Shown here piece after piece: positions 12,203 to 20,633 of a stretch of 56,033 bases of DNA (positions are counted from its first letter, which is position 1; each line of letters begins with the position of its first letter). A model generated the notes under the pieces. It worked only from the letters and a program-made list of their open reading frames with translations. It made no database searches and was not told the DNA's origin. A program made the translations under genes and the position numbers. Source of the DNA: Oscillospiraceae bacterium (lineage in GTDB: Bacteria; Bacillota; Clostridia; Oscillospirales; Ruminococcaceae); NCBI GenBank assembly GCA_051892275.1, contig JBJFGA010000161.1, forward strand, positions 1-56,033. Direction: 5' to 3'.

Positions 12203-12961
12203 ATGAAGCCAATGGCAAGTGACTGGTACAAGAAGATATGGACGCTGAACATTCAGGATATGTCCTGGGTGGAGGACACGAAGCGGCAGGTAGATTTCCT
12301 TATCGATAAGCTGGGGCTAAAAGGCGGCGAGAGGATACTCGATCTTGCGTGCGGGTTCGGGCGGCATTCGCTGGAGCTGGCAAGGCGCGGGTTCGACGTC
12401 ACCGGAGTTGATATCACCCCGGATTATGTCAGCTACGCCACTGAACAGGCGGAAAAGGAGCAGCTGAACGTGCGTTTCCTGTGCTCGGATATCCGCGATG
12501 TGAGTTTTGAGAACGAGTTCGACGTGGTGCTCAACATGGCGGACGGCGCTGTTGGATACCTCGAAAACGACGAGGAAAACCTCCGCATATTCAAGGTCGT
12601 GGCGAAAGCGCTGAAGTCCGGCGGCAGGCACTTTATGGACATCATGAACGGCAGCTATGCGGTCACACACTTCCCCTGCCAGCTTTGGGACGCAGGCGAG
12701 AAGTGCCTGACGCTGTCTAACTTCGAATGGGACGGCGAGAAAAAGACGCTTATCTATGGTCAGACCGATTACCGCTATGGTGAACCGCTTACAAAGCCGG
12801 AAATGCTCGAGGGAAACACCATCAGGCTGTACACCCTTGACGAGGTAGGGGGCATTTTCCAGTCGCTTGGAATGAAGGTGTTCGGCAGCTACGCAGATTT
12901 CAGTGGCAGGCTGTCGTCGGATAACGCTATCCAGCTTATGGTCTGCTCGGAAAAGCTATGA
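12203..12961 (+). CDS. Class I SAM-dependent methyltransferase
   Basis: ILDLACGFGRH motif I, VTGVDI, FDVVL, LKSGG. Confidence 0.92.
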   Translation: MKPMASDWYKKIWTLNIQDMSWVEDTKRQVDFLIDKLGLKGGERILDLACGFGRHSLELARRGFDVTGVDITPDYVSYATEQAEKEQLNVRFLCSDIRDVSFENEFDVVLNMADGAVGYLENDEENLRIFKVVAKALKSGGRHFMDIMNGSYAVTHFPCQLWDAGEKCLTLSNFEWDGEKKTLIYGQTDYRYGEPLTKPEMLEGNTIRLYTLDEVGGIFQSLGMKVFGSYADFSGRLSSDNAIQLMVCSEKL

Positions 12962-13225
12962 CGGTCTTATAATAATAACCATTCAAATTCAGGGAATCTT
13001 TGCAGAAATCCAGCACTGTTATCGTCGCCAAAGAAACCTGACGTACATAAAGTTCGCCTGCTGGATATCGGCACTGTCTTTCCGAAAATCTTTCCCTTCG
13101 TTCAAACGGTCATTAGTATGAATTCATTGCCTGAAAACCCGGGCAGCTGCTGAATTAATAATGCATAATTGCATATTGAATAGAAGGGCATTTTATAGTA
13201 TAATAAAAGAAAAGGAGGTATTCTT

Positions 13226-14680
13226 ATGAAACTAAAAAAGATCCTGTCACTGCTGCTTTCTGCGGCGGTAATGCTGACTTCGCTTCTGGTATGCGGTGTG
13301 ACAGCCGGGGCTGCTTCGACGAAGCTGAGCGTTGTCGGTACATACGAGGACGGCGTGTACGCTATCGAGCTTTACGGCCTCACCAAGAAGCAGTACACCA
13401 GTTTTGTGAACAACGAGGACGGTTTCCGGGTAAACATAATCAGCGAGGACGGCAAGAGCAGCATTTTCTTTGCCGCTGATTTCACCAAGAAGTCGGAGGA
13501 AGCCGCTATACCCGGCTACAAGGGCGGTAAGAAGGTGTACTGCGGTCTGATGGGCAACAACACCGCGCATTTCTCCACCTGGGCTAGCGCATTGGGCTGC
13601 GGCGCGCTTTACGGCACTGCTCCGGGCAAGACCTACGGCTTCCGTTGGGAACTGGGATTGGACGATACGACTGTCAAAGACTTCCTGCCGAGCGTGCTGA
13701 AATCCACGAAGGTGACCGTCACTTTTGAGGACGTTTACCGCAAGGCGCTGGCTGTTTCCGGGGTGAAGCAGAGTTCCGCTGTAACTGCTGTATGGGGCGA
13801 CGAGCCGGTGTCGCTGGACATCAGCGGAAAGGTGGTTTCGCTCACTGTTCCTGTCCAGAATTACGCAAAGTACAGCGGGAAAAAGAACGCCGATCTGGAG
13901 CTTACTCTTAGCTTCGAGAAGTATGTTATTGCCACCAGATTTACCGGTGGAACAAAGGATTTCACAGTAATTGCGAAAAACAACGGCAAGGACATCACCA
14001 GCACCATCGCCTTAGGCGGCGGGTTGGACAAATACGGCGCGATAACTGTAAAGTACACCTTAAGCGACGCGGCTATGATAAAGGCTCTGTCTGCCCGTGA
14101 GGGAACGCTCATCTACCGTATCACCGAAAACGGCAAGGTCATTTCCGGCAGCAACACCGCGCAGTCCATCAAGGCGAAGGTTCCTGTTAAGAAGCTGTCC
14201 GCACTGGAAATCAGCAAGGTTTCCAACCAGTATTACACCGGCAAGGCGATATTACCGGAGATAACCATAAAGGACGGCGTGAGGACGCTGATAAAGGGCA
14301 AGGATTACACCGTGCTCTGTAAGGACAACGTCAAGCTTGGAACCGCCGTAATGACCATTACCGGAATTGGCGACAAGTACACCGGCACTAGAACGATAAA
14401 GTTCAAGATAGTACCGGGCGTACCGGAGGTTTCTGTCAAGGCGGAGAACGGAACAGTAACGCTCAGCTGGGATAAGGTAAAGGCAGACAAGTTCCAGATC
14501 TATTATTCCGAGGACGGCGGCAAGTGGACGCAGCTGGCTTCTGTTTCCGGCAGGGTCACCAGCAAGGAATTCACTGACCTTGATATCGGCGAAAAGAAGT
14601 ATCAGTTCAAGATACGCGCGCTTGTGAAGAACGGCAGCAAGCTGAAAGCCGGAAGCTGGTCCGGCGTGGTCAAAGTCTAA
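13226..14680 (+). CDS. Secreted/surface protein with C-terminal Ig-like and fibronectin type III domains
   Basis: Signal peptide; YTGKAILPEITIKDG...GKDYTV...N.K.GTA..TITG.G repeat; VTLSW...FQIY...YQFKIRA FN3 pattern. Confidence 0.8.
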   Translation: MKLKKILSLLLSAAVMLTSLLVCGVTAGAASTKLSVVGTYEDGVYAIELYGLTKKQYTSFVNNEDGFRVNIISEDGKSSIFFAADFTKKSEEAAIPGYKGGKKVYCGLMGNNTAHFSTWASALGCGALYGTAPGKTYGFRWELGLDDTTVKDFLPSVLKSTKVTVTFEDVYRKALAVSGVKQSSAVTAVWGDEPVSLDISGKVVSLTVPVQNYAKYSGKKNADLELTLSFEKYVIATRFTGGTKDFTVIAKNNGKDITSTIALGGGLDKYGAITVKYTLSDAAMIKALSAREGTLIYRITENGKVISGSNTAQSIKAKVPVKKLSALEISKVSNQYYTGKAILPEITIKDGVRTLIKGKDYTVLCKDNVKLGTAVMTITGIGDKYTGTRTIKFKIVPGVPEVSVKAENGTVTLSWDKVKADKFQIYYSEDGGKWTQLASVSGRVTSKEFTDLDIGEKKYQFKIRALVKNGSKLKAGSWSGVVKV

Positions 14681-14682
14681 AG

Positions 14683-14713
14683 GTTATCCCCCGGTCTTTA
14701 GCCGGGGGATAAA
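14683..14713. terminator. Intrinsic terminator hairpin
   Basis: ttatcccccgg-loop-ccgggggataa immediately after the stop codon. Confidence 0.7.
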
Positions 14714-14748
14714 TCATATGTTCCGGCGTCAGGAATTGTCCTGTATCA

Positions 14749-14873
14749 TCGGAAAAGAGCCACCCTGCCGCTGTGATGGCGCATGAGATTTTTCGTTTTT
14801 TGCGGTCAGCTTCATGTGGCGACGAAAATTTAGTTTACACAGAAAAACAGCCGTCCCACTCCGGGACGGCGAG
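14749..14873 (-). repeat. tRNA-trailer repeat, partial copy A
   Basis: Similar to 15115-15240 and to the reverse complement of 55725-55850. Confidence 0.8.
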
Positions 14874-14957
14874 AATTTCCTTTTGGAGATATTGATGCAG
14901 CTTCACTATTCTTGCAGCAAAATTCAAGGTTTTTTCGAGAAGTGGATTTTCGTTCAT
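14835..14957 (-). pseudogene. Truncated four-helix-bundle (23S rRNA IVS protein-like) gene
   Basis: AAAGGA SD followed by MNENPLLEKTLNFAARIVKLHQYLQKE; the frame then runs into repeat copy A and stops. Degenerate heptamer repeats lie upstream. Confidence 0.6.
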
Positions 14958-14983
14958 ATATAATTCCTTTTATTGAATAAAGA

Positions 14984-15056
14984 AAAATGAATAGTGAATA
15001 TGAATAATACAAATGCGCCTAAGCATATACATTATTCATTCTTCATTCTTCAATAT
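14984..15056. repeat. Inverted arrays of degenerate 6-7-mer repeats
   Basis: aaaatga-atagtga-atatga-ataata ... attattc-attcttc-attcttc. Confidence 0.55.
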
Positions 15057-15089
15057 TAAATTAGCCCCTGCAATCAGCAGGGGCGCATT

Positions 15090-15282
15090 TGGCTATGGTA
15101 TATGAAATAGATTTTCGGGAAAAACCACATTACCGCTGTAATGGCGCACGAGATTTTTCGGTTTTTGCGGTCAGTTTCATGCGGCGAAGAAAACCTAGTT
15201 TACACAGCAAAACAGCCGTCCCACTCCGGGACGGCTGAGAAAAATCGGATGTTTTGTCGCGCTTGTTCGCGCGACAAAACTT
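15090..15282 (-). repeat. tRNA-trailer repeat, full copy B (193 bp)
   Basis: Colinear with 55684-55872 in reverse complement. A 26-bp end motif at 15090-15115 is repeated at 15283-15308 (24/26 identical). Confidence 0.85.
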
Positions 15283-15377
15283 TGTCTATGGTATACGAAA
15301 TAGATTTTTTAACGCGGGAGAAAACCCGAAAAACAGAAGTGCCTCAACGCGCGAAAATGCGTGTCGAGGCACTCGAC

Positions 15378-15462
15378 TGGTGCGGGTGACGGGACTTGAA
15401 CCCGTATGCCATTCAGCACACGCACCTCAAACGTGCCTGTCTGCCAGTTCCAGCACACCCGC
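15378..15462 (-). tRNA. tRNA-Leu(GAG)
   Basis: GCGGGTG acceptor stem, anticodon arm CACGT-TTGAGGT-GCGTG, long variable arm, GGTTCAAGTCC T-arm, encoded CCA. Confidence 0.96.
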
Positions 15463-15498
15463 ATATATTGTCGTGAGAACCATCTCAACGACTATATT

Positions 15499-15527
15499 AT
15501 TATATCACGACTTTTCCGTTTTGTCAA
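15499..15527 (-). promoter_or_regulatory. Sigma-A promoter of tRNA-Leu
   Basis: TTGACA-N17-TATAAT. Confidence 0.85.
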
Positions 15528-15554
15528 TAGCTTTTTTCAAAAAAATCATTTTTT

Positions 15555-15833
15555 TTACTTTTTGTCCGGAAACGTCTGTTTGCCGCGGTCATAGTCCGGG
15601 AAGTCCACATGAACCCCCATATCCCGCGCCCGGTGTATCAGCGACGAAATGCGGCACAGCACCGCGTTTTCTTCGTAGATCAGAGCGTCGATCTCCGAGT
15701 CCTCGCTGGCGAAGTCAAAGTTGGTGCGTATCTGTTCCAGCCTGTCCGTAAGGGAAGCGTATTCCTGTATTAGCGCGGTTTCCCGGCGCTTGTCCGTGGA
15801 GGTGGTGCGGCGGTTCAGCAGATTTTTCAGCAT
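15555..15833 (-). CDS. YaaL/DUF2508-like small protein
   Basis: NFDFASEDSEIDALIYE pattern; AAAGGAG SD. Confidence 0.75.
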   Translation of the reverse strand: MLKNLLNRRTTSTDKRRETALIQEYASLTDRLEQIRTNFDFASEDSEIDALIYEENAVLCRISSLIHRARDMGVHVDFPDYDRGKQTFPDKK

Positions 15834-15895
15834 GGCGGCTCCTTTCGCTCGTCGTTTGAAGTATCTGCTGTAAATATATTCCGCCGCCCTGCTGA

Positions 15896-16882
15896 TTATG
15901 CCGCCGAACTTTCCACTCCGGACTGCTCAGGTCGGATCTCCTGCACCGTGTACCCCTCGTCGTGAAGCAGGTCGATTATCGACGTTTCGGCATAGAAGTG
16001 CATTGTACCCACCATTACAAAGCCCTGTTCACCGGCTTTAAGGCTGTCGGTGATGAACTCCGCCATCTTCAGCTGGCGGTCGGTGTACATCATATCGTAG
16101 TATTTCTGCCAGTCGTCCGAAAGGTCATCGCCGAGTGAGGTATTCTGTCGGAAATACTGGTCGTCAAAGCTGCACCATGCGTCATAAAGCGCCCGGGTCG
16201 CTTCCGTCTGCTGCGCGGCATTCTCGTCGCCGGCGGACTGCCCAAGCAGCTCCAGCTGCACGCTCATGGGTATCTCGGACATCATCTTGTACTGCTCCTC
16301 GCCGCCTTCTATTTCGCGGACAGTCTTTCCAGTGCCGTGAGCGAGGTTCAGCATTATCGTTTCCGAGCTGTAATTGCTGTCCAGACCGGCGTTCTGTGCG
16401 ATCAGTACCGTCGCGGCGCTTGCCCAGTAGTAGGGTATCATGCTGTCCATGCCGCTCTGATATATCCCGTTCTGCTGGAAAAACTCCAGTATATCGGGGT
16501 AATCTCCGCCGATGTAGTCCGCGGCGGTGCCGTCTTTCAGCCTGATGTATTCAACGCATTTCTTTTTCAGAAAGTAGTCGCCGCTGAATGCCACGGTGTC
16601 CATTTCCGGCGCGATATAGCTGCTGCTTTGGAATGCCTGAAGCACATATTGCGGGTACTTCACGTCCTCTGTTCCGACGTGAATGCTGCCCATCAGGAAT
16701 ATCTGCGCCCCGGTGTCCTCGTCCTGCACCACCCAGAACGGCGGGGTAACGCAGCCGTCCTCATGAGCCGGCGCAAGCTCCGGGGTGTATGGCTCGATAT
16801 CATTCTGCTTCACGCTGCCGGAGCAGCCCGCAAGGGTCACCGCCGTAAGCAGCACCGCAGCGATTTTCAGGATACGCTTCAT
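15896..16882 (-). CDS. TraB/GumN family lipoprotein
   Basis: Lipobox LAGC, FLMGSIHVG, APE, DRQ.KMA, VMVGTMH. Confidence 0.85.
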   Translation of the reverse strand: MKRILKIAAVLLTAVTLAGCSGSVKQNDIEPYTPELAPAHEDGCVTPPFWVVQDEDTGAQIFLMGSIHVGTEDVKYPQYVLQAFQSSSYIAPEMDTVAFSGDYFLKKKCVEYIRLKDGTAADYIGGDYPDILEFFQQNGIYQSGMDSMIPYYWASAATVLIAQNAGLDSNYSSETIMLNLAHGTGKTVREIEGGEEQYKMMSEIPMSVQLELLGQSAGDENAAQQTEATRALYDAWCSFDDQYFRQNTSLGDDLSDDWQKYYDMMYTDRQLKMAEFITDSLKAGEQGFVMVGTMHFYAETSIIDLLHDEGYTVQEIRPEQSGVESSAA

Positions 16883-16885
16883 GAA

Positions 16886-17110
16886 TCACTCCGCAAGGCG
16901 GTTGAAGCAGTCTGCGCATGCCTCCGCTTCCTCGGCGTATTCCGAAAGTTCCAGACGGTCGCCGTCCTCGCTGTAATACACCTGCCACATGCCGTTTTCG
17001 TTCGCAAGGCAGATACGCTGGTCCTCGTCCTCGCCGCTGCCGCAGATATTGTAGTAGTAATGCGGGATATCAAGCTCAAAGAGCTTTGCCTGTAATTCCT
17101 GTACTGTCAT
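16886..17110 (-). CDS. Small acidic hypothetical protein (immunity-protein-like)
   Basis: AAAGGAG SD; WQVYYSE.G...E.EAC pattern. Confidence 0.7.
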   Translation of the reverse strand: MTVQELQAKLFELDIPHYYYNICGSGEDEDQRICLANENGMWQVYYSEDGDRLELSEYAEEAEACADCFNRLAE

Positions 17111-17128
17111 GTTGTAACTCCTTTTTTA

Positions 17129-17737
17129 TCAGAACAAACGTCCGCTTATCTCAAATGTCGGGCCTTTCGTCCACAGAAATGTGGACAGTAGTATCTCAAA
17201 GCCGTTACCCGGCTCGCAGAGGAAGTCCGCAGGGCGTCCCTTCGGCAGCCCGAAGCCCGCCAGCAGGTTGGTGATAACGCCGCCGTGGGTGACTACCGCC
17301 GCGTAGTGGATATCCTTCTTCATCATGTCCCGGAAGATTATGTCCAGTCCGCTTATGCAGCGCAGCGAGAAATCGCCGAACTTCTCTCCGCTGGGGGGGC
17401 AGGCTTCGGCACCGCCCTTGAGCCACTCGGTGTATTCCGGCAGACTCTGAAGGTCAGCCTGGCGTTTTCCCTCGAACTCGCCGAAGTCCATCTCGGCTAT
17501 CTCGTCCACCTTGGACAGGGAGGCGTCCGGATATATTATCTGGGCAGTTTCGAGGCAGCGTTTCAGCGGGGAACTGTACACCCGCTCAACGTATGGGTAG
17601 ACGTTCTGTTTTGCGATGTCGCGTATCTGCTTCTCACCCTCTGGGCAGAGCGCAAGATCGGTCTGCCCGATGTACTTTCCATCAAGGTTTCCCTGCGTTA
17701 TTCCGTGTCGGATTAAATACAAATAGTAGTTTTTCAT
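17129..17737 (-). CDS. Histidine phosphatase family protein (CobC/GpmB-like)
   Basis: LIRHG, SSPLKRC.ETA, EMDFGEFEG, VTHGG. Confidence 0.92.
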   Translation of the reverse strand: MKNYYLYLIRHGITQGNLDGKYIGQTDLALCPEGEKQIRDIAKQNVYPYVERVYSSPLKRCLETAQIIYPDASLSKVDEIAEMDFGEFEGKRQADLQSLPEYTEWLKGGAEACPPSGEKFGDFSLRCISGLDIIFRDMMKKDIHYAAVVTHGGVITNLLAGFGLPKGRPADFLCEPGNGFEILLSTFLWTKGPTFEISGRLF

Positions 17738-18005
17738 GTCGTATTTTACCTTTCGTATAAAAGTTTTTATAAAAGCGCTATACACAATGCGTTTGTGCAT
17801 TTCACAATATTTAGAAGCATTCTGATGATTTTGTCTAAATCCTGTTCAAACCGCATGACTATTATATATTATGTCCTATGCCGCTGTCGTTTTTTTGTGA
17901 AATATGACACTTTACAAACCGGAATATTCGGTTTATAATATACAATATGGTATTATACACAAAAATAACAATATCATGGGGAAAATAATATTAAGGAGAA
18001 AAATT

Positions 18006-18674
18006 ATGAACAAGGATTTCCCTCGTATCATGACGCTTCTGCGTAAAGAACGGGGCCTTAGCCAGAAGCAGGCTGCCGCCGACCTTGAGGTGACGCAGGC
18101 ACTGCTGTCGCATTACGAAAACGGCAAGCGCGAGTGCGGTCTGGACTTTCTGGTGCGTGCGGCGGACTATTACAACGTTTCAGTCGATTATCTGCTCGGG
18201 CGCTCGCCGATAAGCAACGGCGCTTCTGTCACCGCGCAGCAGCTGCCGGAAAGCTCTGACACCGAGAAGTACGACGGCGCACCGTCGGGGCTTTCGGTGT
18301 TCTTCCAGAAGAAGCTGCTGACGAATTCTGTCGAGATACTGTTCTCGCTTCTCATCAAGGCGAAGAACTCCGACCTGTCCAAGGCGGTGTATTCTTTCCT
18401 GTCGCTGGCGGTGTACCGCTGCTACCGCATGGTGTACAGCGCCGGAAAGAACAACGACGAGCATGTTTTCAGCATTCCCGAGGATAAGGTTTCCGGGCTG
18501 ACAAGCGCTGCTATGACGATGGAGGATATCCGGGCAAGGGAAGCGGGGAAGACCGTCGGTTCAGAGGACGAGAAGATAACCACCGCGCGTATCGAGTCGG
18601 AATACACCAACAAAGCGGCTGCGCTGCTTTCGGTGGTGAACAGTTCCGAAAAGACCCTCGGCAAACTCCAGTGA
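18006..18674 (+). CDS. XRE-family HTH transcriptional regulator
   Basis: LRKERGLSQ..AA..L.V....LSHYENGKRE, VSVDYLLGR; AAGGAG SD. Confidence 0.92.
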   Translation: MNKDFPRIMTLLRKERGLSQKQAAADLEVTQALLSHYENGKRECGLDFLVRAADYYNVSVDYLLGRSPISNGASVTAQQLPESSDTEKYDGAPSGLSVFFQKKLLTNSVEILFSLLIKAKNSDLSKAVYSFLSLAVYRCYRMVYSAGKNNDEHVFSIPEDKVSGLTSAAMTMEDIRAREAGKTVGSEDEKITTARIESEYTNKAAALLSVVNSSEKTLGKLQ

Positions 18675-18684
18675 ACATATTTCC

Positions 18685-18713
18685 AGACGGACAGCTTCGG
18701 CTGTCCGTTTTTT
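18685..18713. terminator. Terminator between convergent genes
   Basis: gacggacagc-ttcg-gctgtccgtt followed by a T-tract. Confidence 0.8.
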
Positions 18714-20142
18714 ATTCCTCGCTGTCCGGGTCGCCGGAGCGTCTGTGAATGAACAGCTTTACCGCCTTCACCGCCGAGCGGAAGTTCACCGCGCAGATCA
18801 CGATAAACACCACGCAGTTGATGACATTCAGCGCAACGCCATTGTCCAACAGCATTATCGCCGCGGACATCACACCGATAAGCCCGAGGTTAAGGAACAT
18901 TTTCGGGAAGTTGACCTTCATGTAAAGGTACTTTCTGGTGTCGATAGCCCGGTAGATGTACACGAGCGTGTAGCTGACCAGTGTGGCGAGCGCCGCGCCG
19001 AGCACGCCCATGGGGGAATTCAGCAGGATAATGTTAAGAAGCACGTTGCTTGACGCGCCGATAACGCTGGAGATAAAGGAGTGCGTGGTTTTGTTGCATG
19101 CCTCGTATATGGAGCTAAGGAAGTTGTTGAAGCTCTGGAAAATCACCGCCGAAAGCAGGAACGGAACGTAGATATAAGCGCCCTCAAAGCCTTCCGCCGA
19201 GCCGAAGAACGGCATTATTATCGGGCGAAGCACCAGCAGAATACCAGAGGCTGCTATGTACATGACCGTCTGTATCATGCTGAACACATTGGAGTAGAAC
19301 TCGCTTATCTTCCGGGAATTTCGCTCGGTTATCGCGGACATGTGCCACGCCTGTGAGAATATACCGACAACAATCGCGGCGAGGTTCGGGAACTTGAACG
19401 CGAAGGAGTATACGCCGTTTGCGGCGCTGCCGTGTATCGCGGTCACCATAAAGGTGTCCGATACGTTGATTATCCACCACATTACTGTGGTAGGCATAAG
19501 CGGAATGCTGTACCGCAGCATTGATCTCGCCAGCGTGCGGTCGTTGCCGAGCGGACGATACTGCTTATACAGCTTAACTTTGAGCGTCAGGAATACTATT
19601 GAGATAAGGTCGCCGAGGGAAACCGACAGCACATATCCCACTACCCCGAGGTGGAATACGCCGAGTAACAGCAGGTTCAGCAGTATCACCGCCAGCGTGG
19701 TGATGATACCGTCTATCGCGAACAGCTTGACGTGCCCCCGCGCCCGGACATATATGCCGCAGATACCCTTGATGCTGCCGGTGGCAACGTACATGTAGAT
19801 GAGCCACTGATAGCCGTTAAGCATGTCTATCATGCCCACCAGCGGAACAAAGGCGGCGAATATCGTCAGACCTACTAGCGCAACGTTTATGCCGATAGAA
19901 AGGACGTGCCTGCCGTTGTTCGCTTTGTCAAGCGCATAGCGAAGCACGCCCTCGTTGATAGAGAGCGTTACCACCGATATCAGCAGCGACGAGGCATTGA
20001 TGATGTTGTTCACATCGCCGAAGCCGTCCGTACCCAGCATCTCGGTGTAGAATTTCAGCATTACATACACGAGCATTTTTGAGCCGAACTGCCCTATCGC
20101 CAGAATTATGGTATTGTTCGCCAGCGTCTGGTATTTGTTCAT
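18712..20142 (-). CDS. Wzx-like polysaccharide/oligosaccharide flippase (MOP superfamily)
   Basis: About 14 TM helices; LANNTIILAIGQFGSK, YSIPLMP....WWIINVSD, NGVYS.A.K. Confidence 0.88.
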   Translation of the reverse strand: MNKYQTLANNTIILAIGQFGSKMLVYVMLKFYTEMLGTDGFGDVNNIINASSLLISVVTLSINEGVLRYALDKANNGRHVLSIGINVALVGLTIFAAFVPLVGMIDMLNGYQWLIYMYVATGSIKGICGIYVRARGHVKLFAIDGIITTLAVILLNLLLLGVFHLGVVGYVLSVSLGDLISIVFLTLKVKLYKQYRPLGNDRTLARSMLRYSIPLMPTTVMWWIINVSDTFMVTAIHGSAANGVYSFAFKFPNLAAIVVGIFSQAWHMSAITERNSRKISEFYSNVFSMIQTVMYIAASGILLVLRPIIMPFFGSAEGFEGAYIYVPFLLSAVIFQSFNNFLSSIYEACNKTTHSFISSVIGASSNVLLNIILLNSPMGVLGAALATLVSYTLVYIYRAIDTRKYLYMKVNFPKMFLNLGLIGVMSAAIMLLDNGVALNVINCVVFIVICAVNFRSAVKAVKLFIHRRSGDPDSEE

Positions 20143-20167
20143 GTCAGAAGTCTTTCGTAAGTGGATT

Positions 20168-20632
20168 TCAGTTTTTTCCGCCGTCCCGAAGCTCTCTGAA
20201 GAACCTTGTCAGGATATCCCCGCACTGTTCCATCAGTATCCTGCTGCGGACGTAGGGTATATGGGTGAAGCGTTCCTCGAAAAGGTTCACCACCGAAGCG
20301 CAGGCACCGTTCTTGTCATCGAAAGCGCCGTAAACCAGCCGTTTCAGCCGGGAGTTCATCACTGCGCCGGCGCACATTGGACATGGCTCCAGTGTGACGT
20401 ACAGCGTACAGTCGGTCAGCCGCCAGCTCCCGAGAGCCTTTGCCGCCTGTTCTATCGCCAGAATTTCCGCGTGAGCGGTGGGGGACTGGAGCTGCTCGCG
20501 CAGGTTGTACCCCTCGCCGATGATCTTTCCCTCCGGGTCAACCACTATCGCGCCGACAGGGCATTCCCCGAGTTCGTAGGCTTTTGCGGCAAGCTCCAGC
20601 GCCTTTGTCATATATTCTTCGTCAATGGTCAT
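20168..20632 (-). CDS. tadA: tRNA adenosine(34) deaminase
   Basis: E.PVGAIVV, PTAHAE, TLEPCPMCAGA. Confidence 0.93.
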   Translation of the reverse strand: MTIDEEYMTKALELAAKAYELGECPVGAIVVDPEGKIIGEGYNLREQLQSPTAHAEILAIEQAAKALGSWRLTDCTLYVTLEPCPMCAGAVMNSRLKRLVYGAFDDKNGACASVVNLFEERFTHIPYVRSRILMEQCGDILTRFFRELRDGGKN

Positions 20633-20633
20633 G

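Noticed and set aside
12962-13130. Possible minus-strand gene remnant ending ...GFLQRFPEFEWLLL*
   Set aside because: No start or SD in frame and no family recognised; too short to support.
14749-15308. CRISPR array interpretation of the repeats near tRNA-Leu
   Set aside because: Units are ~190 bp with conserved interiors, there are no unique spacers of regular length, and no cas genes are present.
15378-15462. Integrated genomic island at tRNA-Leu or tRNA-Gln
   Set aside because: No integrase and no duplicated tRNA 3' end (attR) seen within the window; sequence beyond 56033 cannot be assessed.
15141-15751. ORFs over the repeat and tRNA-Leu (and 55330-56024 over tRNA-Gln)
   Set aside because: They overlap tRNA genes and palindromic repeats; their mutual similarity reflects the DNA repeat.
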